64,000 nt of DNA from Mantamonas sphyraenae STR306 (lineage: Eukaryota > Protista > CRuMs), in assembly GCA_026936335.1 (NCBI GenBank), contig JAPMXV010000074.1, positions 158,408 to 222,407 of the forward strand, read 5' to 3'. Shown piece by piece: positions 63,502 through 64,000 of the stretch (its first letter is position 1; each line of letters starts with the position of its first letter). A program made the translations under genes and the position numbers. The notes beneath the pieces are model-generated. The model was not told the origin of the DNA and made no database searches. It worked only from the letters and a program-made list of their open reading frames with translations.

Positions 63502-63773
63502 GGTGGTTGTGGTGGAACTGGAATGTATGTGGATTGTGTTGGACTGGTGGAGGGTGTTGTGGGTGTTGCTGATAATTTGGGTGAAGGCGGACGGGCAGTG
63601 CCGACTGCGCGGCGTTGCAAACGACGGCCACTCACCAGCGACATTTCCACTCCCACCCATTGCCCAATGCACCATGTCACCACCCAACTCAGCCACCCAC
63701 CAGCAGACACAAGCACAGCTCAATCAACCTAGACCGGACTCATCACATATCTTACGTTAACAACACCATAGAT

Positions 63774-64000
63774 TTAGAGTTAGGATTAGGGTTAAGGTTA
63801 GGGTTAAGGTTAAGGTTAGAGTTAGGATCAGGGTTAGGGTTAGGGTTAGGGTTAGGGTTAGGGTTAGGGTTAGGGTTAGGGTTAGGGTTAGGGTTAGGGT
63901 TAGGGTTAGGGTTAGGGTTAGGGTTAGGGTTAGGGTTAGGGTTAGGGTTAGGGTTAGGGTTAGGGTTAGGGTTAGGGTTAGGGTTAGGGTTAGGGTTAGG
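63774..64000 (+). repeat. Telomere: 10 mixed/variant hexamers, then perfect (TTAGGG)n from 63834
   Basis: Directly visible, G-rich strand oriented toward the end of the sequence. Confidence 0.98.

Noticed and set aside
190-63760. Hundreds of long overlapping His/Pro/Leu- or Gly/Val-rich ORFs
   Set aside because: They are antisense or off-frame shadows, expected in GC-rich, skewed coding DNA, and carry no motifs.
1-64000. Alternative genetic code, tRNA/rRNA genes or transposons
   Set aside because: Conserved genes translate cleanly with the standard code and use all three stop codons. No RNA-gene, transposase or RT signatures were recognised by eye.

Overview
This is the right end of a chromosome from a compact, GC-rich microbial eukaryote, ending in a (TTAGGG)n telomere at 63774-64000. 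Spliceosomal GT-AG introns are present, with CTGAC/CTCAC-type branch sites. ARL3 and MAPK15/ERK7 indicate a flagellated organism. A phage-type RNA polymerase with a presequence, plus MnmA/TRMU, indicates a genome-bearing mitochondrion. About 28 genes are packed here, mostly with under 150 bp between them. The middle holds housekeeping genes: TRMU, mtRNAP, BMT5-like, ARM, GNAT, TauE, SMYD, DDHD, MAPK15, DENN, RPEL, ARL3, ABHD18, an SLC25 carrier, CTF18, PAP2 and a 3beta-HSD. The most unusual content looks like a host-interaction or defence toolkit. (1) Tandem ankyrin-LRR-Roc-COR (Roco) genes whose 99-bp repeats differ in number (7 vs 15) and vary at the ligand-binding positions. (2) An adjacent four-exon prepro-protein with a strongly cationic amphipathic segment resembling an antimicrobial peptide. 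(3) A pair of 8-TM paralogs with homogenised membrane and inner segments but divergent outer loops. Also notable are a C4 zinc ribbon in the mitochondrial RNA polymerase, a ~2650-aa kelch/PSI/Calx-like multi-TM surface protein, and a telomere-adjacent gene built from an unrecognised A-B-A-B domain. A G/C strand skew, independent of gene orientation, flips across the window. All calls were made by eye; no database searches or computations were run.
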